This document shows positions 51,994 to 61,122 of a DNA stretch of 64,000 nt, one piece after another (positions within the stretch are counted from its first letter, which is position 1; every line of letters begins with the position of its first letter). Below the pieces are notes generated by a model, which saw only the letters and a list, made by a program, of their open reading frames with translations, did not search any database and was not told the DNA's origin. Source of the stretch: an uncultured Thiotrichaceae bacterium. Lineage in GTDB: Bacteria; Pseudomonadota; Gammaproteobacteria; SZUA-229. Both the position numbers and the translations under genes were made by a program. The stretch spans positions 140 through 64,139 of the forward strand of contig CAZHEA010000008.1 of the NCBI GenBank assembly GCA_964531165.1, in the 5' to 3' direction.

Positions 51994-52102
51994 GAACTTT
52001 CCTTGTTAAAATGAATACTTTGCATTAATTCTAAATAAGTAAATATATTTGATAGATGTTCTAAATGAAATCGACTTTATCACAGTATTTAGCTTTCACA
52101 AT

Positions 52103-52131
52103 AAAAAAGGCCACCCAAAAAATGGGTGGCC
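52103..52131 (-). terminator. Rho-independent terminator of ssrA
   Basis: On the minus strand, GGCCACCC-ATTTTTT-GGGTGGCC is followed by TTTTTT, starting 7 nt after the tmRNA CCA end. Confidence 0.85.
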
Positions 52132-52138
52132 TTTTATG

Positions 52139-52505
52139 TGGTGGAGACGGCGGGGATCGAACCCGCGTCCGCAAGTACTCCGCCTTAGGCTCTACATGCT
52201 TAGTTTTAGCCTTTTAATTTAATCACTTAAACTCCGGCAATTCAGGATTTTAAGCAACGAGTCTGTTTAGAGTTTAATGTCCTGATCTCAGGCCGACCAG
52301 GTCACGATCTAGTATAAGATGACTCCCGTAATCCAACGCCTACTAGCAAGCACTGGCCGGAAGGCAATCTACTGGTGTTTAGGCAGCGATCGCGTAGTTG
52401 TTATCGTTAGCAACTATAATTTAGCAACTGTATTTACGAGGTAAGTGCTATCCTCGACATGCACCGTAAAGTTTTGTTACCCACGTCGAAACCAATGTCG
52501 TCCCC
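52139..52505 (-). ncRNA. ssrA: Transfer-messenger RNA (tmRNA), tag peptide ANDNNYAIAA
   Basis: The 5' end is GGGGACGACAUUGGUUUCGACG. The 3' end is GGACGCGGGUUCGAUCCCCGCCGUCUCCACCA. The acceptor stem GGGGACG/CGUCUCC includes the G3:U wobble. The tag frame is GCU AAC GAU AAC AAC UAC GCG AUC GCU GCC UAA at 52411-52379. Confidence 0.96.
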
Positions 52506-52808
52506 AGTTCCATCCTTGGGTATACCTGTATATTGGGATATATTCAGGTATTTAAAGGGCGTACTTAGAACGATCTTAGTGCGCCTTTAAAATCAGCTGG
52601 TTAAGCCTGCGTAAATTGTAACAGAGTTGTTGTATTAATAGATAGGAGGCTGGTGTTATTCTCTGGTTATTTTCAGGTGTGATGGGTTTATCTTTTGTGC
52701 TGTCTTCGGTCTCAGTTATCTGGTTGTTGCGGGGTAGTTTTTTACATACAATTGTAATATTCCTTTTTCGGTATATATTTCAATTATTTTCATATATATT
52801 CCGTATTC

Positions 52809-52826
52809 GGTATATTAATATATACC
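52809..52826. promoter_or_regulatory. Palindrome GGTATAT-TAAT-ATATACC upstream of hipB (candidate operator)
   Basis: Seven-bp perfect arms lie 56 nt upstream of the hipB ATG. Further GGTATAT (52770-52776) and GGTAT (52833) half sites occur, plus GGTATACC at 52519-52526. Confidence 0.45.
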
Positions 52827-52881
52827 TATTAAGGTATTTTGTGCTATCTTTATTCAAAGATATAACGAAAACGGTCTATAT

Positions 52882-53121
52882 ATGAGTGATGAAGTTAATG
52901 CCTTAATTGACGCCATTATTGTTGCCGGAAAACAGCAGGGCATGAATAAAGGTGAAATTGCAACGCGGGCGGGTATGCAAAATAATAAGTTCGGGCGAAT
53001 TATTAATTCTGACCCCCGGCTTTCCACGTTGATTCGCCTGGGGCATGCAGTGGGATTGAAGCTGACATTTGTGGTGGAAGATGAGGATCTTAGCTCAATT
53101 ATTAACCGGGAGGTCTTTTAG
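52882..53121 (+). CDS. hipB: XRE/HipB-like HTH antitoxin
   Basis: 79 aa with an HTH (MNKGEIATRAGMQNNKFGRIINS). It ends 2 nt before the hipA-like gene. Confidence 0.8.
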   Translation: MSDEVNALIDAIIVAGKQQGMNKGEIATRAGMQNNKFGRIINSDPRLSTLIRLGHAVGLKLTFVVEDEDLSSIINREVF

Positions 53122-53123
53122 CG

Positions 53124-54506
53124 ATGGATAGAGAAGCGGTTATCTGGACTAGCATCGGCGATGCACCAATGAAAATGGGGCGTTTAAATGTGACCGATGA
53201 AGAGTGCCGGTTTAATTATGATCCGGCCTATCTGGAAACAAATTTGCCTGGTATGGGCGTGTTGCACAATCCGGAGTTAATTGGTAGAAGCCCATTGGTG
53301 TGGAAAAGAACTGAATATTTTCCGGTGTTTCCCGAATTAAAATCGTTGATTCCACCGGATAATGAACAGAATTTTCAGCGTAAACTCATTCTGGCCTATC
53401 TGGCTAAAATTGATATGACACCGGCCATTGGTTTTGAAACCGACTGGGAAATACTGATGGTTGCCGGTCATGGTGGCATCGGCCATAACGATGTGTTTAA
53501 AGACGATGAAACCGCCAGAAAATGGTATGACGATAATGAGCCTGCGCCATTTTATAAAATGGATGCGTCATTTGGCTTTTCGCTAAAAGAGTTTCTCACA
53601 TGGATGGATAATGATGCAGACATGATTATCAATGCCATCGGCCCTACGCCCAGTGTTGGCGGTGCGGTGCCGAAGTTATTATTGTCGATTCCCAGCAGCG
53701 GCTGGGATTGTCGCATTGCGCTGCCCACTAAAAAATCTACCAATGATCGTACCGATGTGATTTTAAAATTCGAACAAACCAATCAGTATCCGGGCATTAT
53801 TGATCTGGAAGCACTTACGCTGGATATTCACAAAGCAGCCGGTTTTGAAGTGCCGCGCTACTGGAAAACCAGCATCAATGGCATTAAAGCCATTGCCATT
53901 GAACGTTTTGATCGCAATGAGTTTAACAAGCCGGTGTTTATGGAAACCGTATTGTCGGTGATGGCCAGTGGTGATAAAACCATTACTAATAACCACAGTT
54001 CGTCTTACGACCGTATTGCCGATGCGATAGATAAAATTACCGTGCCGTTTGTGCACGACCCGGTGAAAGCTAAAGAGTATGTTTTTCGACGTCTGATGCT
54101 GAGTTTTTTAACCGGTAATGGGGATTTACATTTGGAAAATATGTCGGTAATTGAGCGGGGCGGAGAGCGGTTTTTCTCCCCCGTGTATGACCCGACACCC
54201 ATGAGAGCCTATAAAATTCACGATATGTTAAGCCCTATGCCGTTTGGTAATTATGGCGAATATGCAACCAATGAAGACGATATGGTCGGCTTCGATGAGG
54301 CGCTTTTACGCCTGCTGAAAAAGTATAATATTAGCAAAGCACGGGGGCGGGTGATTGTTGAGGAATCGTTGGAGGTGACAGAAGACTATCTGCAGCGGGT
54401 GAATGCATTGCCGAGCGTTACTGATGGCTCAAAGAAAATTTTACAGAATGCGGTTTTATTTGTGCGAAAAAAACTGCAGAAGTTTCTGACTACGCCTTCG
54501 TCTTAA
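53124..54506 (+). CDS. hipA: HipA-family serine/threonine kinase toxin
   Basis: A full-length 460 aa protein with a HipA N-terminal region. It has a nucleotide loop SVGGAVPKLLLS, the catalytic GNGDLHLENMS (D.H..N), and SPVYDPTP. Confidence 0.85.
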   Translation: MDREAVIWTSIGDAPMKMGRLNVTDEECRFNYDPAYLETNLPGMGVLHNPELIGRSPLVWKRTEYFPVFPELKSLIPPDNEQNFQRKLILAYLAKIDMTPAIGFETDWEILMVAGHGGIGHNDVFKDDETARKWYDDNEPAPFYKMDASFGFSLKEFLTWMDNDADMIINAIGPTPSVGGAVPKLLLSIPSSGWDCRIALPTKKSTNDRTDVILKFEQTNQYPGIIDLEALTLDIHKAAGFEVPRYWKTSINGIKAIAIERFDRNEFNKPVFMETVLSVMASGDKTITNNHSSSYDRIADAIDKITVPFVHDPVKAKEYVFRRLMLSFLTGNGDLHLENMSVIERGGERFFSPVYDPTPMRAYKIHDMLSPMPFGNYGEYATNEDDMVGFDEALLRLLKKYNISKARGRVIVEESLEVTEDYLQRVNALPSVTDGSKKILQNAVLFVRKKLQKFLTTPSS

Positions 54507-54958
54507 CAGGTATATATATAAATTGTGGTTTTATATTGAAGCCGCTGCGGCAATAACGACAAAACAAACATCGTCATTCCAGCGAAGACTGGAATTCAGT
54601 GGCTTTAAAAAACACGAATACCTGTGCCTCTTTGTGGAAAATCATACTGGATTAGCGGTGGTAGGTATTTCCACGTAGAGCGTAGAAGGCTGTTAAAAGA
54701 TTGCCACAGAGGCACAGAGGCACGGAGTGGGCTTTACTAAAATATATCATGCAGTCTGTTTTTGAGCTGGAGCCCAATAGAATTTGAATATTTCAGTGTT
54801 GTCGATTTTATTTGCGTGCTTTGCGTCTATTGGCGGACAAAATGCCTTTATTTAAATCTCAGTTTTCGCATGCATAAATACTGGTATTGCTTTAAAATTC
54901 ACGCCTTAAATTGATTCTGCTTTTTACATTGTTCATTGAGGCTATAAAATTGCAATAT

Positions 54959-57900
54959 TTCCGTGGTTCCCCCGCGTTATCGACTTTTCGTGTTGAAAAG
55001 TTACTTTCCCAGCTTAAATCTAAAATCCCGACTATCACTAATTTACAGGCAGAGTATGTGCATTTCGCGGATATTCAACCGAATTTAAGCGAAGATCAAT
55101 TAGTAGTCTTAAATAAATTACTCACCTATGGCCCCGCATTTACCGCATCCGAACCCCAAGGGCAATTGTTTTTAGTGATTCCCCGCTTCGGCACTATCTC
55201 TCCCTGGGCTTCAAAAGCTACAGATATTGCCGAGCATTGCGGCCTGAATAATGTAAAGCGCTTAGAACGAGGCATTGCTTATTATATTGAAGCCGGCTCA
55301 ACGTTAAGCGAAGCCGATACACAGTTTATTCAATCGCTGATTCACGATCGCATGATTGAAATGGTGCTGGCTGATTTCGATTCAGCTGCCGCACTGTTTG
55401 AAAAAGCCGAGCCAACTGAAGGCTCTCATGTGGATATTATTGGTAATGGCCGTGAAGCGTTGATGGCGGCCAATAGTGAGCTGGGTCTGGCATTGTCTGC
55501 GGATGAAATTGATTATCTGGTGGATTATTTCACCTCAATTAATCGTAACCCCGGTGATGCAGAGCTGATGATGTTTGCGCAGGCCAATTCTGAGCATTGT
55601 CGCCACAAAATTTTTAATGCCGACTGGGTGATTGACGGTGAAAAGCAGGATATCTCCCTGTTCGGCATGATTCGCAATACCTACAATAAATCCCCGGAAA
55701 ATATTCTCAGCGCCTATCACGATAATTCATCGGTGATTGAAGGTAACACCGCCGCACGCTTTTTTGCAGATGGCCCGCAGGGTGAATATAGCTGGCATCA
55801 TGAATCAATGCCGATTTTAATGAAGGTGGAAACTCATAATCATCCCACCGCCATTTCACCCTTTCCGGGGGCGGCAACCGGTTCCGGTGGTGAAATTCGC
55901 GATGAGGGTGCAACCGGACGCGGTTCAAAACCCAAAGCCGGTTTATGCGGGTTCTCGGTTTCTAATTTACAAATTCCCGGTTTTTCGCAACCCTGGGAAA
56001 CTGATAACGGCAAGCCCGACAGAATTGTTTCAGCATTAGATATTATGATGGAAGGCCCATTGGGGGCTGCCGCATTTAATAATGAATTTGGCCGCCCGAA
56101 TATCAATGGTTATTTTCGCACATTCGAAGAAAAAACACCCGGCGTAGACGGTGATGAAATTCGCGGTTATCACAAACCGATTATGCTCGCTGGTGGTTTC
56201 GGCAATATGCGCAAAGAACATATCGACATGATTGATATGCCGGTGGGTACTCCTATTGTATTACTTGGTGGGCCAGCGATGCTGATTGGTTTAGGTGGTG
56301 GTGCTGCATCGTCAATGGCATCTGGTGAAAGTGCAGAGAATTTAGATTTTGCTTCGGTGCAACGTGGCAATCCTGAAATGGAGCGTCGTTGCCAGGAAGT
56401 CATAGATAGATGCTGGGCACAAAGTGATAACCCGATTATCTGGATTCACGATGTGGGTGCCGGCGGTATTTCCAATGCGCTGCCGGAGTTGGTGAACGAT
56501 GGTGGTCGCGGTGCTGAGTTTGAAATACGTGAAGTGCATATCGATGAACCCGGCATGTCGCCAATGGAAATCTGGAGTAACGAATCACAGGAACGCTATG
56601 TTATTGCCGTTGCCGAAGATCGCCTCGAAGAATTCAAAGCCTACTGTGAACGTGAACGCTGCCCGTTTGCGGTATTAGGTTTAACGACCGAAGCAATGGA
56701 TTTAAAAGTTCACGATAAACATTTTGATGATTATCCTGTGGACATGCCATTGGATGTGTTACTCGGCAAGCCGCCGAAAATGACCCGCGATGTAAAGCAT
56801 GAAAGTATTAAACACAAGGCTTTTGAAACTAAAGATATCGATTTAAAAGACGCGGTGAAGCGTGTTCTAAGTTTACCTTGCGTTGCTAATAAAACGTTTT
56901 TAATCAGCATTGGTGATCGTACTGTTACCGGCCAAATTTGTCGCGATCAAATGGTCGGCCCGTGGCAGGTGCCGGTATCTGATGTTGCCGTAACGACCAC
57001 TTCATTTAATGTTCACAGTGGTGAAGCTATGGCGATGGGCGAGCGCACGCCAATTGCATTATTAGACGGCGCTGCTTCTGGGCGTATGGCAGTGGGTGAG
57101 GCGATTACTAATATTGCTGCCAGTGCGATTAATAAAATCGGCGATATAAAACTTTCCGCAAACTGGATGGCCCCTGCAGGGCATCCGGGTGAAGATGCAA
57201 TTTTATACGACACGGTAAAGGCCGTGGGCATGGAACTGTGCCCCGAGTTAGGCATCGCGATTCCGGTAGGCAAAGATTCCATGTCGATGAAAACGGTCTG
57301 GCAGCAGGACGGCGAAGAACGCGCGGTGACCGCGCCGCTTTCATTAGTGATAACGGCCTTTGCGCCGGTGACTGATGTGCGCAGCACGATGACACCGCAG
57401 TTACAAAATAAGCCGGGTACTTTGTTAGTGCTAATTGATTTAGGCGAAGGTAAAAACCGTTTAGGCGGTTCGGCGCTGGCGCAGGTTTATAAACAAATCG
57501 GTGACACCCCGGCTGATTTAGAAAAACCGCAATTGCTGAAAAACTTTTTCTCGGTGATGCAGGATTTAAACCATCAGGGTAAATTACTCGCTTATCACGA
57601 CCGTTCAGACGGTGGATTATTTACAACATTATGTGAAATGGCATTTGCCGGGCATTGCGGAATTAGCATTGATGTTGCGGGAATGTCCAAAGATAAAACG
57701 GCGGCGTTATTCAATGAAGAACTTGGTGCGGTTATTCAAATCGAAGCCAGCGATGTTGAGTTTATTATTAATGATTTAAAAGCCAATGGATTAGGTGATC
57801 ACAGTTATGTGATTGGAACAACTAATCAAAAAGATAAGATTGAATTTTTTGATGATACTTCATCGGTTTTTTCTGACACAAGAATTAGTTTACAACGAGT

Positions 57901-58825
57901 GTGGTCAGAAACCACTTATCAAATGCAAAGCCTGCGTGATAACCCGGAATGCGCACAGCAGGAGTTTGATTTAATTTTAGATGAAAAAGATCCGGGTATT
58001 TCACCGGCATTAACGTTTGATCTTAATGAAAATGTTTGCGCACCGTTTATTGCCAGTAATGTGCAACCGCGGATGGCGATTTTAAGAGAGCAGGGTGTTA
58101 ACGGTCAGATTGAAATGGCTGCGGCTTTTGATCATGCAGGTTTTGAAAGTGTCGATGTGCACATGAGTGACATTTTGTCCGGCCGGGTATCACTAAAAGA
58201 TTTCAAAGGTTTAGTCGCCTGTGGTGGTTTCTCTTACGGCGATGTTCTAGGCGCAGGCGAAGGCTGGGCGAAAACGATTTTATTTAATTCACAGGCACGT
58301 GATGAATTCAGTGCGTTTTTTGAGCGTGATGATAGTTTTTCATTGGGTGTGTGTAATGGTTGCCAGATGATGGCGAACATAAAAGAGTTGATTCCCGGTG
58401 CAGAAAATTGGCCGCACTTTGTACGTAACTTATCGGAACAGTTTGAAGGGCGCTTTAGTACCGTAGAAATTTTAGAATCACCTTCATTATTTTTAAACGG
58501 CATGGCAGGTTCAAAAATGCCGGTTGCTGTTGCTCATGGTGAGGGTCGTGCAGAATTTAAACATGGTGCTGATGTAAGTGTGAGTCATCAGGCGATGCGC
58601 TTTGTAGATCATTATGGCAGTGCAACTGAAACTTATCCGTTAAATCCGAATGGATCGCAGGATGGTTTAACCGGCTTTACTACCGATGATGGCCGGGTAA
58701 CGATTATGATGCCGCATCCGGAGCGGGTGTTTAGAAGTGTGCAGCATTCGTGGCACCCGGATGACTGGGATGAAGATAGCCCGTGGATGCGGATGTTTAG
58801 AAATGCGCGGGTTTGGGTTGGTTAA
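54959..58825 (+). CDS. purL: Phosphoribosylformylglycinamidine synthase (large single-chain form)
   Basis: It aligns with E. coli PurL from (M)[18 protein letters not shown]. The C-terminal amidotransferase has GVCNGCQ and MPHPER. The likely start is TTG 54959, preceded by GAGG at 54942-54945; the track start 54911 adds a hydrophobic extension absent from E. coli PurL. Confidence 0.95.
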   Translation, partial: FRGSPALSTFRVEKLLSQLKSKIPTITNLQAEYVHFADIQPNLSEDQLVVLNKLLTYGPAFTASEPQGQLFLVIPRFGTISPWASKATDIAEHCGLNNVKRLERGIAYYIEAGSTLSEADTQFIQSLIHDRMIEMVLADFDSAAALFEKAEPTEGSHVDIIGNGREALMAANSELGLALSADEIDYLVDYFTSINRNPGDAELMMFAQANSEHCRHKIFNADWVIDGEKQDISLFGMIRNTYNKSPENILSAYHDNSSVIEGNTAARFFADGPQGEYSWHHESMPILMKVETHNHPTAISPFPGAATGSGGEIRDEGATGRGSKPKAGLCGFSVSNLQIPGFSQPWETDNGKPDRIVSALDIMMEGPLGAAAFNNEFGRPNINGYFRTFEEKTPGVDGDEIRGYHKPIMLAGGFGNMRKEHIDMIDMPVGTPIVLLGGPAMLIGLGGGAASSMASGESAENLDFASVQRGNPEMERRCQEVIDRCWAQSDNPIIWIHDVGAGGISNALPELVNDGGRGAEFEIREVHIDEPGMSPMEIWSNESQERYVIAVAEDRLEEFKAYCERERCPFAVLGLTTEAMDLKVHDKHFDDYPVDMPLDVLLGKPPKMTRDVKHESIKHKAFETKDIDLKDAVKRVLSLPCVANKTFLISIGDRTVTGQICRDQMVGPWQVPVSDVAVTTTSFNVHSGEAMAMGERTPIALLDGAASGRMAVGEAITNIAASAINKIGDIKLSANWMAPAGHPGEDAILYDTVKAVGMELCPELGIAIPVGKDSMSMKTVWQQDGEERAVTAPLSLVITAFAPVTDVRSTMTPQLQNKPGTLLVLIDLGEGKNRLGGSALAQVYKQIGDTPADLEKPQLLKNFFSVMQDLNHQGKLLAYHDRSDGGLFTTLCEMAFAGHCGISIDVAGMSKDKTAALFNEELGAVIQIEASDVEFIINDLKANGLGDHSYVIGTTNQKDKIEFFDDTSSVFSDTRISLQRVWSETTYQMQSLRDNPECAQQEFDLILDEKDPGISPALTFDLNENVCAPFIASNVQPRMAILREQGVNGQIEMAAAFDHAGFESVDVHMSDILSGRVSLKDFKGLVACGGFSYGDVLGAGEGWAKTILFNSQARDEFSAFFERDDSFSLGVCNGCQMMANIKELIPGAENWPHFVRNLSEQFEGRFSTVEILESPSLFLNGMAGSKMPVAVAHGEGRAEFKHGADVSVSHQAMRFVDHYGSATETYPLNPNGSQDGLTGFTTDDGRVTIMMPHPERVFRSVQHSWHPDDWDEDSPWMRMFRNARVWVG

Positions 58826-58873
58826 AACTAATATTAATAAATTGAGAGATAAAACAAAAGTCAAAAGCCTTTA

Positions 58874-58983
58874 CCGCAAATGAACGCTAAAAAATGCAAA
58901 TAAAAACAAAAGCGTTACCTGGTGTGTAGTTCGCTGCAAGCGAACAGACATAAATAAAATTGCATGTTTGCGTTCATTTGCGG
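58874..58983. repeat. Small hairpin repeat element, family A, copy 2
   Basis: Termini CCGCAAATGAACGC (58874-58887) and GCGTTCATTTGCGG (58970-58983), with an internal hairpin GTTCGC-TGCAA-GCGAAC (58929-58945). Confidence 0.8.
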
Positions 58984-59017
58984 TAAAAATTTTTGATCTT
59001 AATAAGAAGGAATATAA

Positions 59018-59938
59018 ATGCAAAAAGTATTAATCGTAGGCGGAGCCGGATTCATCGGCTCTCACACAGCAGACCTTTTAATGGAAAAAGGTATTAAGGT
59101 TCGCATACTGGATAATTTAAGTTCAGGTCATCGGAGTAATCTGCCTGCAGAGCATCCATTAATGGAATTTGTCGAAGGCGATATTCGCGATGCTGGTACG
59201 GTAAAAGAAGTGATGAAAGATGTCACTCATGTAGTGCATTTGGCTGCGCAGGTTTCGGTTGTTGCATCCCTTGAAGATCCGGAGTTTTCGGCACAGCAAA
59301 ATATTATCGGTTATTTAAATGTGTTAGACGCAGCAAAAAATGTTGGCGTTAAAAAAATGGTGTATGCATCATCAGCTGCCATTTATGGTGAGCCACATGT
59401 ATTGCCTTTAACTGAAGATGTGCCAATGAAGCAGTTGTCACCTTACGGTTTGGAGAAAAAGTTTAACGAAGACTACGCCGATTTATATTATCGTTTATAT
59501 GATTTTAACTCTGTGGGTATGCGCTTCTTTAATGTGTATGGTCCGCGACAGGATCCAAAATCTCCTTATGCCGGTGTGATTGCATTGTTTATGGATCGGA
59601 TAAAAGATCAGCTTGCATTTGTGGTAAATGGCGATGGTTTGCATACCCGTGATTTTATTTATGTACGTGATGTGGCCAGAACCAATGTGGCGGCTTTAGA
59701 ATTAAGTTATCACGGTGCGGTGAATGTGGCGACGGGGAAGAAAACGTCATTACTCGACTTAATTAATGTGTTGTCTGAAGTGGCGGGTAATAAGGCTGAT
59801 TTCACCCATGGTGAACCACGTGAAGGTGATATTGTTCACTCGTTGGCTGATCCGTCAAGAATGAATAATGAATTAAAAGTGGTTGCGGAAACGGAATTAA
59901 AAGAAGGGTTGGCTAAATTGTTGAAGTCAGTCTCTTAA
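59018..59938 (+). CDS. NAD-dependent sugar-nucleotide epimerase (GalE/WbpP-like SDR)
   Basis: GGAGFIGSH Rossmann motif, an SS..YG...Y..EK catalytic pattern (SPYGLEKK), and extended-SDR length. Confidence 0.85.
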   Translation: MQKVLIVGGAGFIGSHTADLLMEKGIKVRILDNLSSGHRSNLPAEHPLMEFVEGDIRDAGTVKEVMKDVTHVVHLAAQVSVVASLEDPEFSAQQNIIGYLNVLDAAKNVGVKKMVYASSAAIYGEPHVLPLTEDVPMKQLSPYGLEKKFNEDYADLYYRLYDFNSVGMRFFNVYGPRQDPKSPYAGVIALFMDRIKDQLAFVVNGDGLHTRDFIYVRDVARTNVAALELSYHGAVNVATGKKTSLLDLINVLSEVAGNKADFTHGEPREGDIVHSLADPSRMNNELKVVAETELKEGLAKLLKSVS

Positions 59939-59968
59939 AATGATGTTGTCTGATTTTTCATAACAAAT

Positions 59969-59996
59969 AAAAACGGCTCCCGCAGGAGCCGTTTTT
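59969..59996. terminator. Bidirectional rho-independent terminator between convergent genes
   Basis: AAAAACGGCTCC-CGCA-GGAGCCGTTTTT is a perfect 12-bp stem flanked by A/T runs. Confidence 0.85.
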
Positions 59997-60012
59997 ATTT
60001 GGCATTGTTTTT

Positions 60013-60519
60013 TTATGCTTTTTTGCGGCGAGCAATACCTGCCAGACCAATAAGGCCTGAGCCTAATAGCCATACTGCAGCTGGTACCGGTACCGGAGCA
60101 ATTCGAACATCGACTTCGGTTATGCTATTACCCGTACTAAAGATAACGGTATAAGCATTTGCACCTAGTGAGACAATGCTGGATTCTGCCATCCAGTTGT
60201 TTCCACCGTCAGTACTAAGGCCAAGAATAAAGCTGCTGTTGTTAGTTAAGAGCAGGGTGTTGGCTGTAGTTGTATTAGTTGCAATATAATTACTTGAGCC
60301 ATTTGGACCCGCGAAACCAACAATATCACCGATGCTTACGCCAAGTGATAATCCTGTATAAGACTGGTCGCTATCATCAAAAATAGCTAGCTGTGCACCA
60401 TTAAGGTCGCCAAGTAAAAAATTTACATCGCCGTCTGTGGGTATGAAAATAGTTGCTGCATTTGCCTGGCTTGCTACCAATAGTGCGCAAACGCCAATTA
60501 TCTTGTTTAAAAACTTCAT
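60013..60519 (-). CDS. PEP-CTERM-type sorting-signal protein (VPVP variant)
   Basis: N-terminal signal peptide (ALLVASQANA), and a C-terminus of APVPVPAAVWLLGSGLIGLAGIARRKKA (motif, TM helix, basic tail). Confidence 0.8.
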   Translation of the reverse strand: MKFLNKIIGVCALLVASQANAATIFIPTDGDVNFLLGDLNGAQLAIFDDSDQSYTGLSLGVSIGDIVGFAGPNGSSNYIATNTTTANTLLLTNNSSFILGLSTDGGNNWMAESSIVSLGANAYTVIFSTGNSITEVDVRIAPVPVPAAVWLLGSGLIGLAGIARRKKA

Positions 60520-61122
60520 TTTTGTAATTCATCCATTATGGTTGTCATTTTAGTATAATTTATCCTAAAAAATATATAAAGCAAGAAATGAGCCATTAGT
60601 ATAATGTTTATGTATTACAACAGGTTGGATCGATTCGAAAGTCTGTTTGTTATTCAACTGTAAATAATTCCTTAATTTTCTCATTTTAAAAGCCAGCTTA
60701 TAAATATTTATTTAAAATGAGTCAGTTTTAAACAGGAAAGCTGTGGTGTGTTGGCGTATTGAGAGAGCAGGCCAAAAATCAAAGTGTAAATAATGGCGAC
60801 ACGGGATATTCAGGTTAATGTATCAGACCGACTTTTTTGATTTAAAGTTTTGGTATCAGCCGTGTATTTCTTTTTATGTATAACGATATTTCAGAAATTT
60901 AGAGAGTTAAAAGTCGTTTTTATCAAAGTTTCGTGCGCGTAAAAGTCTACGCTCTTCGAACGTGGTTTTGACCTCACTCTATTAAGGCTGCTAAAAAAAT
61001 CAAAACAAACTTCGTCATTCCTGAATGTTTGTGTCGGGGATCCAGTGGCTTATGTAGTGAAAAAAGCGCTAGATTATAGCCCGTATTTATGTGTGCTCCC
61101 TTTAGGGCTATACATAGCATGT

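Noticed and set aside
52139-52175. tRNA-like T-arm and acceptor sequence (GGUUCGAUCCCC...CCA)
   Set aside because: It is the tRNA-like domain of tmRNA, not a separate tRNA gene. I found no other tRNA-like T-loop in the window.
52679-52885. 68-aa ORF upstream of hipB
   Set aside because: It lies in the AT-rich promoter and operator region. The sequence is low complexity (Phe/Ile/Leu/Tyr-rich), there is no ribosome-binding site, and it overlaps the palindromes. It is most likely not coding.
54860-54900. PurR box upstream of purL (…agttttcgcatgc…)
   Set aside because: It matches only half of the palindromic ACGCAAACGTTTGCGT-type consensus, which is not convincing.
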